Shown here: piece after piece, positions 47,636 through 57,427 of the stretch
Numbering within the stretch: the first letter of the stretch is position 1
Layout of the letters: each line of letters starts with the position of its first letter
Origin: Candidatus Woesebacteria bacterium
GTDB lineage: Bacteria; Patescibacteriota; Microgenomatia; UBA8517
Direction of reading: 5' to 3'
Length of the DNA stretch: 64,000 nucleotides
Assembly: GCA_016700095.1 (NCBI GenBank)
Contig: CP065002.1
Coordinates: 28,074-92,073, forward strand
The notes under the pieces: model-generated
Database searches by the model: none
What the model was told of the DNA's origin: nothing
What the model saw: only the letters and a program-made list of their open reading frames with translations
Translations under genes and position numbers: made by a program

Positions 47636-48452
47636 CTTTAGTGTTACTTTCGGATTTTAGCAGACCAAGCTTAATAATCCAAGGGGTCATACCTCCCCAC
47701 CCTTGGGAGCGGTATTGTTGATATGCTTGAAAAACAGAAAACACTAACCAATATAGTGCCAAGCCCGATGGAAATCTAAGTCCAATAAACAAAGTCATCA
47801 AAGGAAACATGTAGATCATAGATTTTTGCATACCAACTTGAAAATCATCACTTGCTTCAGGAGTCTTTTTGGCAATTTTCTCTTGAACCTTTTCGTAAGG
47901 AGCCATAATTTTTGCCGAGACAAATTGTGCCAATGCCGACAAAATTAACAGCGGACCAGGAATGTTAAAATCTATTCCGGGTATTTGGAAAACAGCGGGT
48001 TTGGTCATATCCATTCCTAAAAAACCGGTATTAATTATTTCACCGTCGGGAAATCTTAATGGGTTATAAAGAAGACTATTAAATGCCACCGTTGGATTTT
48101 CAGACGACAGCGTTTTGTTGAACATATTAAAAAATGCAATCAGCACTACTATTTGGAGCAAATAGGGAAGACACCCTGCTCCGGGATTAATGCCTTTAGA
48201 CTTATACAAATCCGCCTGTGCTTTTGTAAGTTTAACCTTGTCGTCTTTGTATTTCTTTTTTAGTTTGTCAAGCGATGGGGCAATATCTTTCATTTTCTTC
48301 ATCGACTCCATATAAGGTTTGGTAAGAGGATTGAGTGCATATCTCAAAAAAACACTAAAACCAATAATCGCAAGTCCCATATCTGAAAAGAGAAGTTTAT
48401 AAAAAACAACCAATCCGTTTGCCAAAGGTTGTATGAGTAGTGTGTTAAACAT
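47619..48452 (-). CDS. yidC: Membrane protein insertase YidC/Oxa1 (short Gram-positive-type)
   Basis: It has 5 TM helices, ...LLQIVVLIAFFNMF..., ...PLMTLFIGLRFPSGLALYWLVFSVFQ... and a basic C-tail. Confidence 0.8.
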   Translation of the reverse strand: MFNTLLIQPLANGLVVFYKLLFSDMGLAIIGFSVFLRYALNPLTKPYMESMKKMKDIAPSLDKLKKKYKDDKVKLTKAQADLYKSKGINPGAGCLPYLLQIVVLIAFFNMFNKTLSSENPTVAFNSLLYNPLRFPDGEIINTGFLGMDMTKPAVFQIPGIDFNIPGPLLILSALAQFVSAKIMAPYEKVQEKIAKKTPEASDDFQVGMQKSMIYMFPLMTLFIGLRFPSGLALYWLVFSVFQAYQQYRSQGWGGMTPWIIKLGLLKSESNTKDVKKN

Positions 48453-48460
48453 AGTAAGGA

Positions 48461-48697
48461 CTAAATGTGTATTATCTTCGGATTATCGCTTTTCGTCAAT
48501 GGATTACATGTAGCAAGTCTCAACGCTGTTTTTCCAAGTCCCGTTATAACGCCGTACTTTTCCACTGCTTTAATCGCATAATCGCCACAGCTTAGACTAT
48601 TTGGAGTATAAACACACGCTTGACCAAAAAAAGATTGGAAAATCGGGGATACAAATTTTTTATACAGTTTTAAAATTACAATAATGGAAGTTTTCAT
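48461..48697 (-). CDS. yidD: Membrane protein insertion efficiency factor YidD
   Basis: KLYKKFVSPIFQSFFGQACVYTPNSLSCGDYAIKAVEKYGVITGLGKTALRLATCNPL is the YidD signature. Confidence 0.7.
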   Translation of the reverse strand: MKTSIIVILKLYKKFVSPIFQSFFGQACVYTPNSLSCGDYAIKAVEKYGVITGLGKTALRLATCNPLTKSDNPKIIHI

Positions 48698-48699
48698 CT

Positions 48700-49044
48700 T
48701 CAGATTAATTTTGCTTTCTTGAGGGCTTGTTTTACTTCTTTCATGGTGTCGTCGGTCGGAGTGCGGGTAATTTGTGTTTTTGCGAGAAATACGACATCAT
48801 ATCCATTAATTAAATATTTTGATTCAAATCGCACAGCTTCACTAAGTGTTCGTTTTATTCTATTTCTGTCGACAGCGTGTTTTGCAATTTTCGTTGACAC
48901 TATAAATGAAAACTTGGGTGGTTTATCATCATCTTTTCTTTTGTAAACAGCCATACCAAAATTAGGGAACTGATACATCGTACCTTTTTCTTTTGCGCGA
49001 GAAATATAATAATGTCCTCGCATTCTGTATTTTCCGGCAAGCAT
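48700..49044 (-). CDS. rnpA: RNase P protein component
   Basis: ...FSFIVSTKIAKHAVDRNRIKRTLSEAVR... is the RnpA RNR motif, at 114 aa. Confidence 0.75.
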   Translation of the reverse strand: MLAGKYRMRGHYYISRAKEKGTMYQFPNFGMAVYKRKDDDKPPKFSFIVSTKIAKHAVDRNRIKRTLSEAVRFESKYLINGYDVVFLAKTQITRTPTDDTMKEVKQALKKAKLI

Positions 49045-49186
49045 AGTTTCTATATGTAGATTACCACATGGAAATCAAAAAACGAAGTGAACAATTTATT
49101 CTGCCCAGCAAAATATCACATTAGAGAAATTCGATATGGCGTTTTTTATAAAGAAGAACCTCGCCGTCGCAGTCATCTTAAACAGC

Positions 49187-49324
49187 TTATTCGGACAATT
49201 TGCTCCGACCCTTCGCTCGACGATTTTTAAGTGTTATTTTCCCCAACTTTGTAGTCGATCGACTCCTATAGCCATGCCTTCTTTTTCTTTTAATTTTACT
49301 CGGTTGATATGTCCTTTTTGTCAT
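49187..49324 (-). CDS. rpmH: 50S ribosomal protein L34
   Basis: [45 protein letters not shown]. The ORF-track N-terminal extension of 15 aa was discarded. Confidence 0.85.
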   Translation of the reverse strand: MTKRTYQPSKIKRKRRHGYRSRSTTKLGKITLKNRRAKGRSKLSE

Positions 49325-49518
49325 GTGCACATTATATATATTAATAATGCTAATTTCCAGTGCGAACAAAGTTGTTTATCAAAACAAAAAGCAGCAGGTT
49401 CTAATATTATTAAAGCAAAACTATTTCCGAAATGAAGTTTGGGCATACTACATTTATAAGCAATCGAAATATCGGCTCAGTTGTCGGTTAGGCTTCGGAT
49501 CTTTTCGGGGTTGAAAAT

Positions 49519-49527
49519 TGTGGATAA
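49519..49527. promoter_or_regulatory. Perfect DnaA box (TGTGGATAA = reverse complement of TTATCCACA) 51 nt upstream of dnaA
   Basis: An exact 9-mer in the rpmH-dnaA intergenic region. Confidence 0.6.
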
Positions 49528-49577
49528 CTTCCATAGGATGTAGATGTATTTGATGTTTCTTCTTCTGCCTTCAAATT

Positions 49578-51053
49578 ATGGATCATGATGTAAATAGCAC
49601 CTCCGACCAAGAGGTAGAAACAAATGATGATTTAAGTAAACCATCAAATAATTCTAGTGTCCACACAGAAGACGACACAGTTATCAACAGTCCGGGCAAC
49701 AAACTTAAAATCTGGCACGAGATATTGGAAAGTATTAAAGTTTCAGTTTCCGGAGCTATCTTCTCAACCTGGTTTACCCAAACCCATTTATCGGAACTAA
49801 AAAATGTTGGAAGCAGATATTTAGCTGAGGTGGGATGTTCGTCTAGTTTTGTCAGAACCACACTTGAGGGGAGATATTTCGGCTTAATACAGGATGCTTT
49901 GAACAAAACTCTCGATAAAGAATGTGACGTGCTTTTTATAGTAAAACAACAATCAGCTTCACAAGATTTTTCTTCTGTTCCTCTTTTCCAAGAACCTGAA
50001 AAAAACGAGGAAGGAATATTATTCTTAATTTCAAAATCTAATCTAAGAAAGAACTTCACTTTTGATAATTACGCGGTTTCTTCTACAAATCAAATGGCGT
50101 GGGCAGCTGCAGACGCGGTTTCTAAAAATTTGGGAAATGCATATAATCCACTTTTCATCTGGGGTGGGGTAGGGGTGGGCAAAACACATCTAATGCACGC
50201 TGTCGGCCATTGTGCGTTAATCAAAAATTCAAGTTCAAAAATTCTCAGTTGTACGGGTGAAGATTTTACCAACGATATCGTAGAGGGAATTAGACACAAA
50301 AATACAAAAAATGTACGCAATAAATATCGAAAACTGGATGCCCTGTTGGTTGACGACATTCAATTCATTGCCGGCAAAGATACTGTTCAAGAAGAATTCT
50401 TTCATACTTTTAATTCGATTGTTTCCGTTGGGGGACAAATTATTATCACCTCGGACAGACCTCCAAGCGAGATCTCGAAACTGGAAGAACGCTTACGAAG
50501 CAGATTTGAAGCAGGGCTTATTGTAGATATCGGAAATCCCGATTTTGAATTAAGATGCGCAATTGTCCAAATAAAAGCTGCTGATAGGGGAATTAATATT
50601 CCCATGGACTTGATTCAATTAATTGCCGGCAATATTGATTCGGCGCGCGAAATCGAAGGATTTCTCACCAAATTATCATCCGAGGTGATACTTAATAAAA
50701 ACGAAATAAGCAAAAATCTAATTGAAACCATTTTGTCGAAAAAAGGCGTACTAAACGGTGATACTCAAATCAAAGCTCAACCGCAAGAAGTTGTCGCCGC
50801 CGTGTCAAAGTATTATACGCTTGGCAAAAGAAGTCTATTGGGCGCTTCACGAGCGCGACCTGTTGCCAGACCACGTCAAATACTCATGTATCTTTTACGG
50901 ATGGAGTTAGCGCTGCCGCTCGAAGAGGTTGGGCGACTTGTTGGAGGACGAGATCACACCACCGTTATACACGCTGTGGATAAAATAACCAAACTAGCTT
51001 CGCTTGATGTGCAAACACGACAGGACATTAGGGGGATAAAAAACATCCTTTGA
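49578..51053 (+). CDS. dnaA: Chromosomal replication initiator DnaA
   Basis: It has the N-terminal domain WHEILESIKVSVSGAIFSTWF, the AAA+ motif NPLFIWGGVGVGKTHLMHAVG and the C-terminal DNA-binding domain ...RPRQILMYLLRMELALPLEEVGRLVGGRDHTTVIHAVDKI. Confidence 0.9.
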   Translation: MDHDVNSTSDQEVETNDDLSKPSNNSSVHTEDDTVINSPGNKLKIWHEILESIKVSVSGAIFSTWFTQTHLSELKNVGSRYLAEVGCSSSFVRTTLEGRYFGLIQDALNKTLDKECDVLFIVKQQSASQDFSSVPLFQEPEKNEEGILFLISKSNLRKNFTFDNYAVSSTNQMAWAAADAVSKNLGNAYNPLFIWGGVGVGKTHLMHAVGHCALIKNSSSKILSCTGEDFTNDIVEGIRHKNTKNVRNKYRKLDALLVDDIQFIAGKDTVQEEFFHTFNSIVSVGGQIIITSDRPPSEISKLEERLRSRFEAGLIVDIGNPDFELRCAIVQIKAADRGINIPMDLIQLIAGNIDSAREIEGFLTKLSSEVILNKNEISKNLIETILSKKGVLNGDTQIKAQPQEVVAAVSKYYTLGKRSLLGASRARPVARPRQILMYLLRMELALPLEEVGRLVGGRDHTTVIHAVDKITKLASLDVQTRQDIRGIKNIL

Positions 51054-51287
51054 GGATAAATATTTAGTAGTATCAACATATCAACAAATTACACACACTT
51101 ATAAACATCTTTATTAACATATCCTTGAGGTACATATCCACATTCGGCTTTGTGCACAAGTAGGAAGCGATATCCACTTGTCAACACTACCTACTACTAC
51201 AACTACTATTTAATAAGAAAGAAACACAATTTGTAAATTTTATACACACTTGGAAAAGTCGGACTTATTTCGTATACTTTTTTTATA
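51054..51287. other. Candidate oriC segment (dnaA-dnaN intergenic, AT-rich with DnaA-box-like 9-mers)
   Basis: Box-like 9-mers are TGAGGATAA (51051-51059), ATATCCACA (51134-51142), ATATCCACT (51170-51178) and TTATACACA (51240-51248, which fits TTATNCACA). The 234-bp non-coding segment also has AT-rich runs. Confidence 0.5.
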
Positions 51288-52400
51288 ATGAAACTACAGG
51301 TACTTCAAGAAGATCTGACGCGTGGATTAAATATTGCTGCTCGATTTGCAAGTCCCAGATCGCAATTACCAATACTAGGAAATATTTTGTTTAATGTTCA
51401 AAAAACAAAACTAACACTTTGTGCTACAAATCTTGAAACATCAGTATCTATTCCAATTGGAGCAAGTGTCAAAGAAATGGGTAATATAACGATTCCTGCA
51501 AGAGTAATAACGGATATTGTTGCAAATTTACCGAGAGGACAAATAAATTTGGAAGCCGCTAAAGAAAACCTGGTAGTTTCTTGCGAAAAATATACATCAA
51601 CTATATCGGGGACAAACGATGCCGATTTTCCAAGTGTTCCGACAGCCTTGGGAAAGGAGAAATCAAGTTTTCCAAAGGAATTGTTTACCGGCGCATTGTC
51701 TCAGGTGATTTTTGCGGCTAGCTCTGACGAAACGAGACCTGTTTTAACAGGTGTACTAATTATTTTTCAAAAGAATTCATTAGTGTTTGTTGCCACAGAC
51801 GGATTTAGACTTTCTCAGAAGTCGGTTGTTGCAACTGGAGTGGGGGATACTGACCAGGTAATTCTTCCTAAAAATACATTACTTGAACTGCTTAGATTAG
51901 CCAACGAGAGCTCGAGTATTGATATTGCATTTCCAAAAAACGAAAGTTTGGCACTTTTTGGACTAGGAGATATTGTTCTTTCTTCGAGAATTATTCAAGG
52001 TGAATTTCCAAATTTTTCAAAAATCATTCCCCAAACGACAAATATAAAAATTGATTTGGACAAAGAAGAGTTGGTTAGGTCGGTTAAACTGGCGAGTGTA
52101 TTAGCTCGTGACAGTGCTAATGCAATTACTTTCAAAATAGATAAGACGGGATTGGTTGCGACATCACAAAGCAGACAAGCCGGGAAGCAGGATATTCAAA
52201 TTGATGCACGAGTTGAATATTTAGAAGGCAATGATGATGTACTTGAAATAGCCTTTAATTATAAATTTATAGAAGATTTTCTGTCGTCTGTAAAAGGGGA
52301 TAGAGTCGTCGTAAAATTAACTTCAGCTAATGCACCGGGAGTATTTGAGGATCCGCAAGACAAAGATTATCTTCACCTTATCATGCCTGTGAAGTTGTAA
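51288..52400 (+). CDS. dnaN: DNA polymerase III beta sliding clamp
   Basis: It begins MKLQVLQEDLTRGLNIAARFAS... and has a three-domain beta-clamp architecture in 370 aa. Confidence 0.85.
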   Translation: MKLQVLQEDLTRGLNIAARFASPRSQLPILGNILFNVQKTKLTLCATNLETSVSIPIGASVKEMGNITIPARVITDIVANLPRGQINLEAAKENLVVSCEKYTSTISGTNDADFPSVPTALGKEKSSFPKELFTGALSQVIFAASSDETRPVLTGVLIIFQKNSLVFVATDGFRLSQKSVVATGVGDTDQVILPKNTLLELLRLANESSSIDIAFPKNESLALFGLGDIVLSSRIIQGEFPNFSKIIPQTTNIKIDLDKEELVRSVKLASVLARDSANAITFKIDKTGLVATSQSRQAGKQDIQIDARVEYLEGNDDVLEIAFNYKFIEDFLSSVKGDRVVVKLTSANAPGVFEDPQDKDYLHLIMPVKL

Positions 52401-52418
52401 TTAATGCTCTTCGGTTTT

Positions 52419-53396
52419 TTACAGTTCTACACTGTATAGGTTGTCGTTATAATCGACCATATACATTATTCCGTTAATGTAAGCCGAAATTTCTCTTATG
52501 TAACCAATATTTTCTATCGGTTTTTGTTCTGACAAAGACATGTTTGAAACATCAAGGATGGCGTAAGTAGTATTAGGTAAATTTGTAAGTATAAATATTT
52601 GCGAATTATTAATCCAGATAGTCTTGTTACCTGGACGTATTTGCGAATTTCCCATTATGGCCATATCGTTAAGATCATATATCGTCAGATTGCTGGATGA
52701 TTGTATTGCAATCTTTGCTTTATCAGGAGTCAGAGAATATGTATTCCCTAATGACAACACAGTGTTTTCAAGTGTTAGCAAATCGAGAATGCTTACCTTG
52801 CTTGCATTGGGAGAATCATAATCTTCAAAGAGAACAAGTCGGTTTTTAACTATACAATCAACATCGCTTGCAGTTGTTTCTAGTAATGAGATTGGTGAGT
52901 TGCTATTAATTGGGAGTGAGTATAGAATCGACTTTTCCGTGTTTGGATTGTAGTTTCCGATAAAGTAAATTTTTCCTTCTTGTTCTGAAATTGTTGCTGA
53001 GACTATTGGACTGTATTTCGTAAGTTGGATTATGGATGTTAGATTTGTTGATGTATCTATTAATGTTAATGAACTTGCGTTGTTGTGTTCTTTTACGAGA
53101 ATATAACGACCGTCTTGTGAATATTTTTCAACTACTTTTTCAAATAATATGCTAGTTTCATTATTCGTAATGCGGACAAGCTTTCCGTTGTTTGTATTTA
53201 TGCCAATAAGTTGACCGGCAATATTGTTTAAATGAGTTAGCGATTTGTTTCCATCGATTATATCAAGTTTGTTTACAACTACACTTGAATTGTCGATGTC
53301 GATGTCAGCTGAATTATCGTTGAATAAAATATACAACAATATCCCCGTTGATAATACTGCTGCAACAATTAATAAATACTTTATTTTTTTAATCAT
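52419..53396 (-). CDS. Hypothetical membrane-anchored protein with beta-rich extracytoplasmic domain (last gene of T4SS-like operon)
   Basis: An N-terminal TM (YLLIVAAVLSTGILLYILF) is followed by N/S/T-rich beta-strand repeats. It overlaps the upstream gene by 4 nt. Confidence 0.4.
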   Translation of the reverse strand: MIKKIKYLLIVAAVLSTGILLYILFNDNSADIDIDNSSVVVNKLDIIDGNKSLTHLNNIAGQLIGINTNNGKLVRITNNETSILFEKVVEKYSQDGRYILVKEHNNASSLTLIDTSTNLTSIIQLTKYSPIVSATISEQEGKIYFIGNYNPNTEKSILYSLPINSNSPISLLETTASDVDCIVKNRLVLFEDYDSPNASKVSILDLLTLENTVLSLGNTYSLTPDKAKIAIQSSSNLTIYDLNDMAIMGNSQIRPGNKTIWINNSQIFILTNLPNTTYAILDVSNMSLSEQKPIENIGYIREISAYINGIMYMVDYNDNLYSVEL

Positions 53397-54754
53397 GGTA
53401 TAACACAGTTTGTCGAGTAATTAGGGCAGACGCCCAAACCGAATTTTTGTTCAAAGTCTGTTTGAGGGCAAATCGTTCCGTCTCCACCGGGAAAATTTAG
53501 TGAACCATTATTTATGGCAAAGTGTAAATGCTCCGCTGTTGAATTGCCGGTGTTGTCTGAGGTGGCGATGACTTCTCCTGCTTGAACAAAATCACCGACC
53601 TTAGAGTAAATATCGCACGTATGAGCATAATAGTAATTTCTTCCATCGTCACCTGCAAGAAACACGCCATTTCCTCCTGCTGCTGTTTGTAATGTTAAAT
53701 AAATTCGTCCACTGGTGTATGCAAGTAGTGGCAAATGTGCATCTCCAGGGTTGCCCTGTACCCCTATGTCAACAGCTAGATTACCGTCGTGGTGATAACA
53801 ATCGTAACCAAGTCTACCATATTCAGCCATTGGGAAGTAGTAGTTACCCGAGGCAATGACTCCGGTGGCACTTGGTCTTGTGTTAGGATTAGCTGCCGGA
53901 CCCAAACATTCATCGGGAGCATTACCAATTCTTACAGTTGCTGAGGCTTGTGATGATTCTCCTGTTAATCCTTCTGCTGTTGCTGTAATTGTAATTATAT
54001 CGGTCACCGCTGTGTCGTAGTAGCTGGTGCTGTCTGGAAATGCTTGACTATAAGTAAATACAAAAGGTGTCCCAGGGGAAATTTCCTGAGGTGGTGTAGG
54101 TAAGCCTGGATTAATTGGGGGACAGGAGGGAGGGGTTCCTTGTCGTTTTGAAACATAACATCGGTATTCGATGTTGATGTCTGTAAGAACCGATCTCTCT
54201 GCTATTATCGAGACGGTGTACTGAACAGTCCAAGGTAAATTCTCATTAGGTATATTTGTGATACTTGCTGTTTTACTAACTTCAATAAACGCTGAATCGA
54301 CAAGGAACGGATCTGATTGTCCACTCCACGGTGGTACAACCCATGCGCCGGAATTGATAATAAACAGAATTATCGATACGGCAATGGGGATAATTACAAA
54401 AACGATGATAATCGGCGACGCAAGGGCGACACCAACCGCCGCTAAAATACTTAATGTTATGGAAAACGCGTGTGCTGATGCCAGAGCCAATCCACCGAGT
54501 AGATCGCGTGCATCTTTACTGAATTTTTGCATAGCGTTAACCATGCGAGCGATTAATTCTCCGGCTATCTCAGCGGCAACAGCGGCGATCGCATTTCCTA
54601 CCCCGGGAGCTAAACTTCCCAAGGCTTGTCCAGCCGCTCTTACTGTTGCTTTGGTGGCTGCCTTGGTTACAACTTTTTTGGTGACTGTTTTGGCGGCGCT
54701 TCCGGCAATTTGTCCAGTAGTACTTGGTCTTTGATTTTCCTGATCTTTTGCCAT
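53393..54754 (-). CDS. Membrane-anchored M23 peptidase (cell-wall hydrolase of T4SS-like operon; Ala-rich N-terminus)
   Basis: It has an Ala/Gly-rich N-terminus and TM helices (IIIVFVIIPIAVSIILFIIN). The C-terminal domain carries YHHDGNLAVDIGV...YYYAHTCDIY...GNSTAEHLHFAIN (M23 HxxxD / HxH). Confidence 0.65.
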   Translation of the reverse strand: MAKDQENQRPSTTGQIAGSAAKTVTKKVVTKAATKATVRAAGQALGSLAPGVGNAIAAVAAEIAGELIARMVNAMQKFSKDARDLLGGLALASAHAFSITLSILAAVGVALASPIIIVFVIIPIAVSIILFIINSGAWVVPPWSGQSDPFLVDSAFIEVSKTASITNIPNENLPWTVQYTVSIIAERSVLTDINIEYRCYVSKRQGTPPSCPPINPGLPTPPQEISPGTPFVFTYSQAFPDSTSYYDTAVTDIITITATAEGLTGESSQASATVRIGNAPDECLGPAANPNTRPSATGVIASGNYYFPMAEYGRLGYDCYHHDGNLAVDIGVQGNPGDAHLPLLAYTSGRIYLTLQTAAGGNGVFLAGDDGRNYYYAHTCDIYSKVGDFVQAGEVIATSDNTGNSTAEHLHFAINNGSLNFPGGDGTICPQTDFEQKFGLGVCPNYSTNCVIP

Positions 54755-54758
54755 AATG

Positions 54759-56762
54759 TTATTTTATAATATTTGTACCGACATCTGTTTGCCTGATTGC
54801 ATTGATCGTACTTGGTGACGGTATCTGATTATTTTGTTTTATAACTGTATTTTTTTGTTTTTGCAAAATCTCTCTTGGATTAGTTGTGATTAAGCCGTGT
54901 TCTTCAGGTGATGCAACAATACGGATTGGAACATGGTGATTGCCGGCAAAAAATATTCCTTCTCCGATGTTTGCTCCAAGCAGTAACTGCCTCTCTCCCT
55001 GAGATAAATAGAACACATCACCAATGCGGTCGATTGCGGCAGGAGACTGCTTGAGGAGAATTCTAAGGGCACTGTTTGTAACAATAGCTTTACCAATATC
55101 TTGTGCCAAAAAATCCTCCACGTCTTGAGTGATTGTCGTTAATCCAAGATAGTACTTTCTCGCTCTTTTTACGATCGACCATAGGAATTGTGCACTGTCT
55201 TCGTACCTCATCATATGCCATGCTTCGTCGACAATTAGAATACGTTTTCTCATATCTCTTTTTACTTTGGTCCAAATAAAATCAAGAATAATAAACATGG
55301 CAATCGGTCTTAATTCGTCCCGTAATTCACGGACACCAAAAACCGTAAACGGGTTGTTGATTTCAATGTTGGTGTGTTGGTCAAAAATTCCAACATAACT
55401 TCCTTTAACAAATTTTTCGATACGCGCAGCCAGGTCGAGTGCGGTTTCGACTTCCATGCCGATTAACGCCTTGTAAAGATCTTCCATCAGCGGAGGTTCT
55501 TTCTTTTGAGTTTCTGGGTCTTGGGTGATTCCCTTGGCTTTGTAAGTTGCAACAAGAGCTCGGTCGAGCATGGCGTCTTGTTGGGCGTTTAAGCTTCCCA
55601 TAATAATTTTAAAGAGTGAGTGCAATGACAAAATCTTTAGGCCCAAATTATTTTCACCCTCCTCGTAAATCTGTGACAAATCAAATGGATTAATTCTTTG
55701 CGGTGAGCTGAAAGAGAAATCAATATACTGTCCATCAACAGCATCGGCGAGTACTTTGTATTCGGATTCGGGATCAACAGCGATGATTTCAACACCAAGC
55801 ATGAGTGATCGCACGGATTCCAATTTTACAAAATAGCTTTTTCCTGCTCCGGAAGTCGCAAACACTGTCATGTTGTGATTTTCCAAAGAGAATCTGTCAA
55901 AAATAATGAAAGAGTCATTCTGGGGATTAATACCATACAATATTCCGCTGTCACTGGTTAGTTCTGTGGACGTAAGAGGGAAAGTAGTAGCAAGGGAGGT
56001 AGTATCCATGTTTCTGGTGATATTTAACCTATCAAGTCCAAGAGGAGAAGTTGACAAAAATCCGTTGTTCATATCAAGTGTTGCATTTCTTGGAATAGCA
56101 AGCAGTGACTGAAGAGTGGATGCAACCTGTCTTGTTACGAAATTTAATTGTTCAATATCTGCTGCTCTAATTGTTATATAAAATCCAAATTCAAAAAAAT
56201 GTTCAACCCCTTTTACAAGAGACTCTTGTAACATCCGGGCGTCATCCAACTTTGCCTGTGTTGAAGGGTTGACAATTTTACCGCGTTCCAAATCGGTTAT
56301 GATTTCGGCTTCCATTTCGGCGATTTTGTGTCTGAAATCTTCAAGAATACCTTTTATTTCAACCGGATAGACAAAAAAGGCAATATCTAATGAAGCGTTA
56401 AAATTAATAATTTGCTCTAACCATCCAGGTGAAACATAGCGTGGGTAACCTGCAATAAATAGCGTGCGAAAATAGACATTGTTAATTCTAAGATGGTTAA
56501 AATCAACCTCTATTTCTTGAGGGGCAACCACATCGAGGACATTTGCATCCTTGTCGAGAATTTCGGATATCGGATCGCGGAACTTTGGTTTTACAAATTC
56601 GTCGCGAGTTATTCCTCCTTCTTTGTTTGATTTGGATGTTTTATCTTGGATTTGATTAACCAACTTCTGTTGCGGAGTTTTTCCGTCTGTTTCGGGAGTG
56701 GGATCAACAACATTGTGCACCTCCGTCTCTTTCTGAGTATTTTTTTTACCAAACAGTTTCAT
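54759..56762 (-). CDS. VirB4/TrbE/CagE-family T4SS ATPase (ATPase portion)
   Basis: It has NVYFRTLFIAGYPRYVSPGWL (the conjugative VirB4 GYPR region), the Walker A FATSGAGKSYF, DPESEY and the Walker B ILIVDEAWHMM. Confidence 0.75.
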   Translation of the reverse strand: MKLFGKKNTQKETEVHNVVDPTPETDGKTPQQKLVNQIQDKTSKSNKEGGITRDEFVKPKFRDPISEILDKDANVLDVVAPQEIEVDFNHLRINNVYFRTLFIAGYPRYVSPGWLEQIINFNASLDIAFFVYPVEIKGILEDFRHKIAEMEAEIITDLERGKIVNPSTQAKLDDARMLQESLVKGVEHFFEFGFYITIRAADIEQLNFVTRQVASTLQSLLAIPRNATLDMNNGFLSTSPLGLDRLNITRNMDTTSLATTFPLTSTELTSDSGILYGINPQNDSFIIFDRFSLENHNMTVFATSGAGKSYFVKLESVRSLMLGVEIIAVDPESEYKVLADAVDGQYIDFSFSSPQRINPFDLSQIYEEGENNLGLKILSLHSLFKIIMGSLNAQQDAMLDRALVATYKAKGITQDPETQKKEPPLMEDLYKALIGMEVETALDLAARIEKFVKGSYVGIFDQHTNIEINNPFTVFGVRELRDELRPIAMFIILDFIWTKVKRDMRKRILIVDEAWHMMRYEDSAQFLWSIVKRARKYYLGLTTITQDVEDFLAQDIGKAIVTNSALRILLKQSPAAIDRIGDVFYLSQGERQLLLGANIGEGIFFAGNHHVPIRIVASPEEHGLITTNPREILQKQKNTVIKQNNQIPSPSTINAIRQTDVGTNIIK

Positions 56763-56763
56763 A

Positions 56764-57426
56764 TCAGTTAAATATCCCCCTTTCTTTTATGGGCGGCTCG
56801 GGATTGTAAATGTTATAAACCAAATCGATAAGCTCATCTGTTTTAAGTTGCCTTAAATTTAAACCTAATCTCCTAGCCTGTCTTGCGATATGTTCACGCT
56901 TGGGGTAGAGAGCTATTTTAGCTTTCCTTACGACATAAGCTTTTGTATACGGGACACCGGGTTGTGTTTGTTTACTACCAGGTAAAGAAAACGATTTTGA
57001 AACACCAAGTTCGTATTGAGTAAACGGCAGTACAATATAAAACTTTTTACTTAAAACATTTTTCTTCTTTATTGAATCGCTCATGAACTTTTTGTAACCA
57101 CGCATAATTTCTGTTAGTTTGGGATTAGATATGCTTTTTTCAGCGTCGTCCAGCAAAATTAAGTAATTAGAAATGTCTTTTTGAAGACTTCTGACCACAA
57201 TTTGAATATGAAAAGTAAGAGAATTCAAAAGTCCCGCATAACCGGCAATTACAGCTTCCTGTTCGTTTTCGCTAAGTAGGCCGAAGTTAAGCGAGGTGGA
57301 TTCCAAAATAAGTGTTACGGCACCGTTTTTGTAAAGCACCAGGTCTTCAAAAATTTCGGCAATGGGCAAATGATTTTGTGTTGTTGTTGATAATGGACGA
57401 TCGGGAAAAAATAATGGTAATTTCAT
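56764..57426 (-). CDS. VirB4 N-terminal-domain-like protein (separate ORF; stop 1 nt before ATG of the ATPase ORF)
   Basis: IAEIFEDLVLYKNGAVTLILESTSLNFGLLSENEQEAVIAGYAGLLNSL resembles the N-terminal (CagE_TrbE_VirB-type) region normally fused to the VirB4 ATPase. The junction is TGA-T-ATG, so the two ORFs are in different frames. Confidence 0.4.
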   Translation of the reverse strand: MKLPLFFPDRPLSTTTQNHLPIAEIFEDLVLYKNGAVTLILESTSLNFGLLSENEQEAVIAGYAGLLNSLTFHIQIVVRSLQKDISNYLILLDDAEKSISNPKLTEIMRGYKKFMSDSIKKKNVLSKKFYIVLPFTQYELGVSKSFSLPGSKQTQPGVPYTKAYVVRKAKIALYPKREHIARQARRLGLNLRQLKTDELIDLVYNIYNPEPPIKERGIFN

Positions 57427-57427
57427 A

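Noticed and set aside
49136-49435. 99-aa plus-strand ORF
   Set aside because: It is antisense to rpmH (L34), whose protein sequence is unmistakable.
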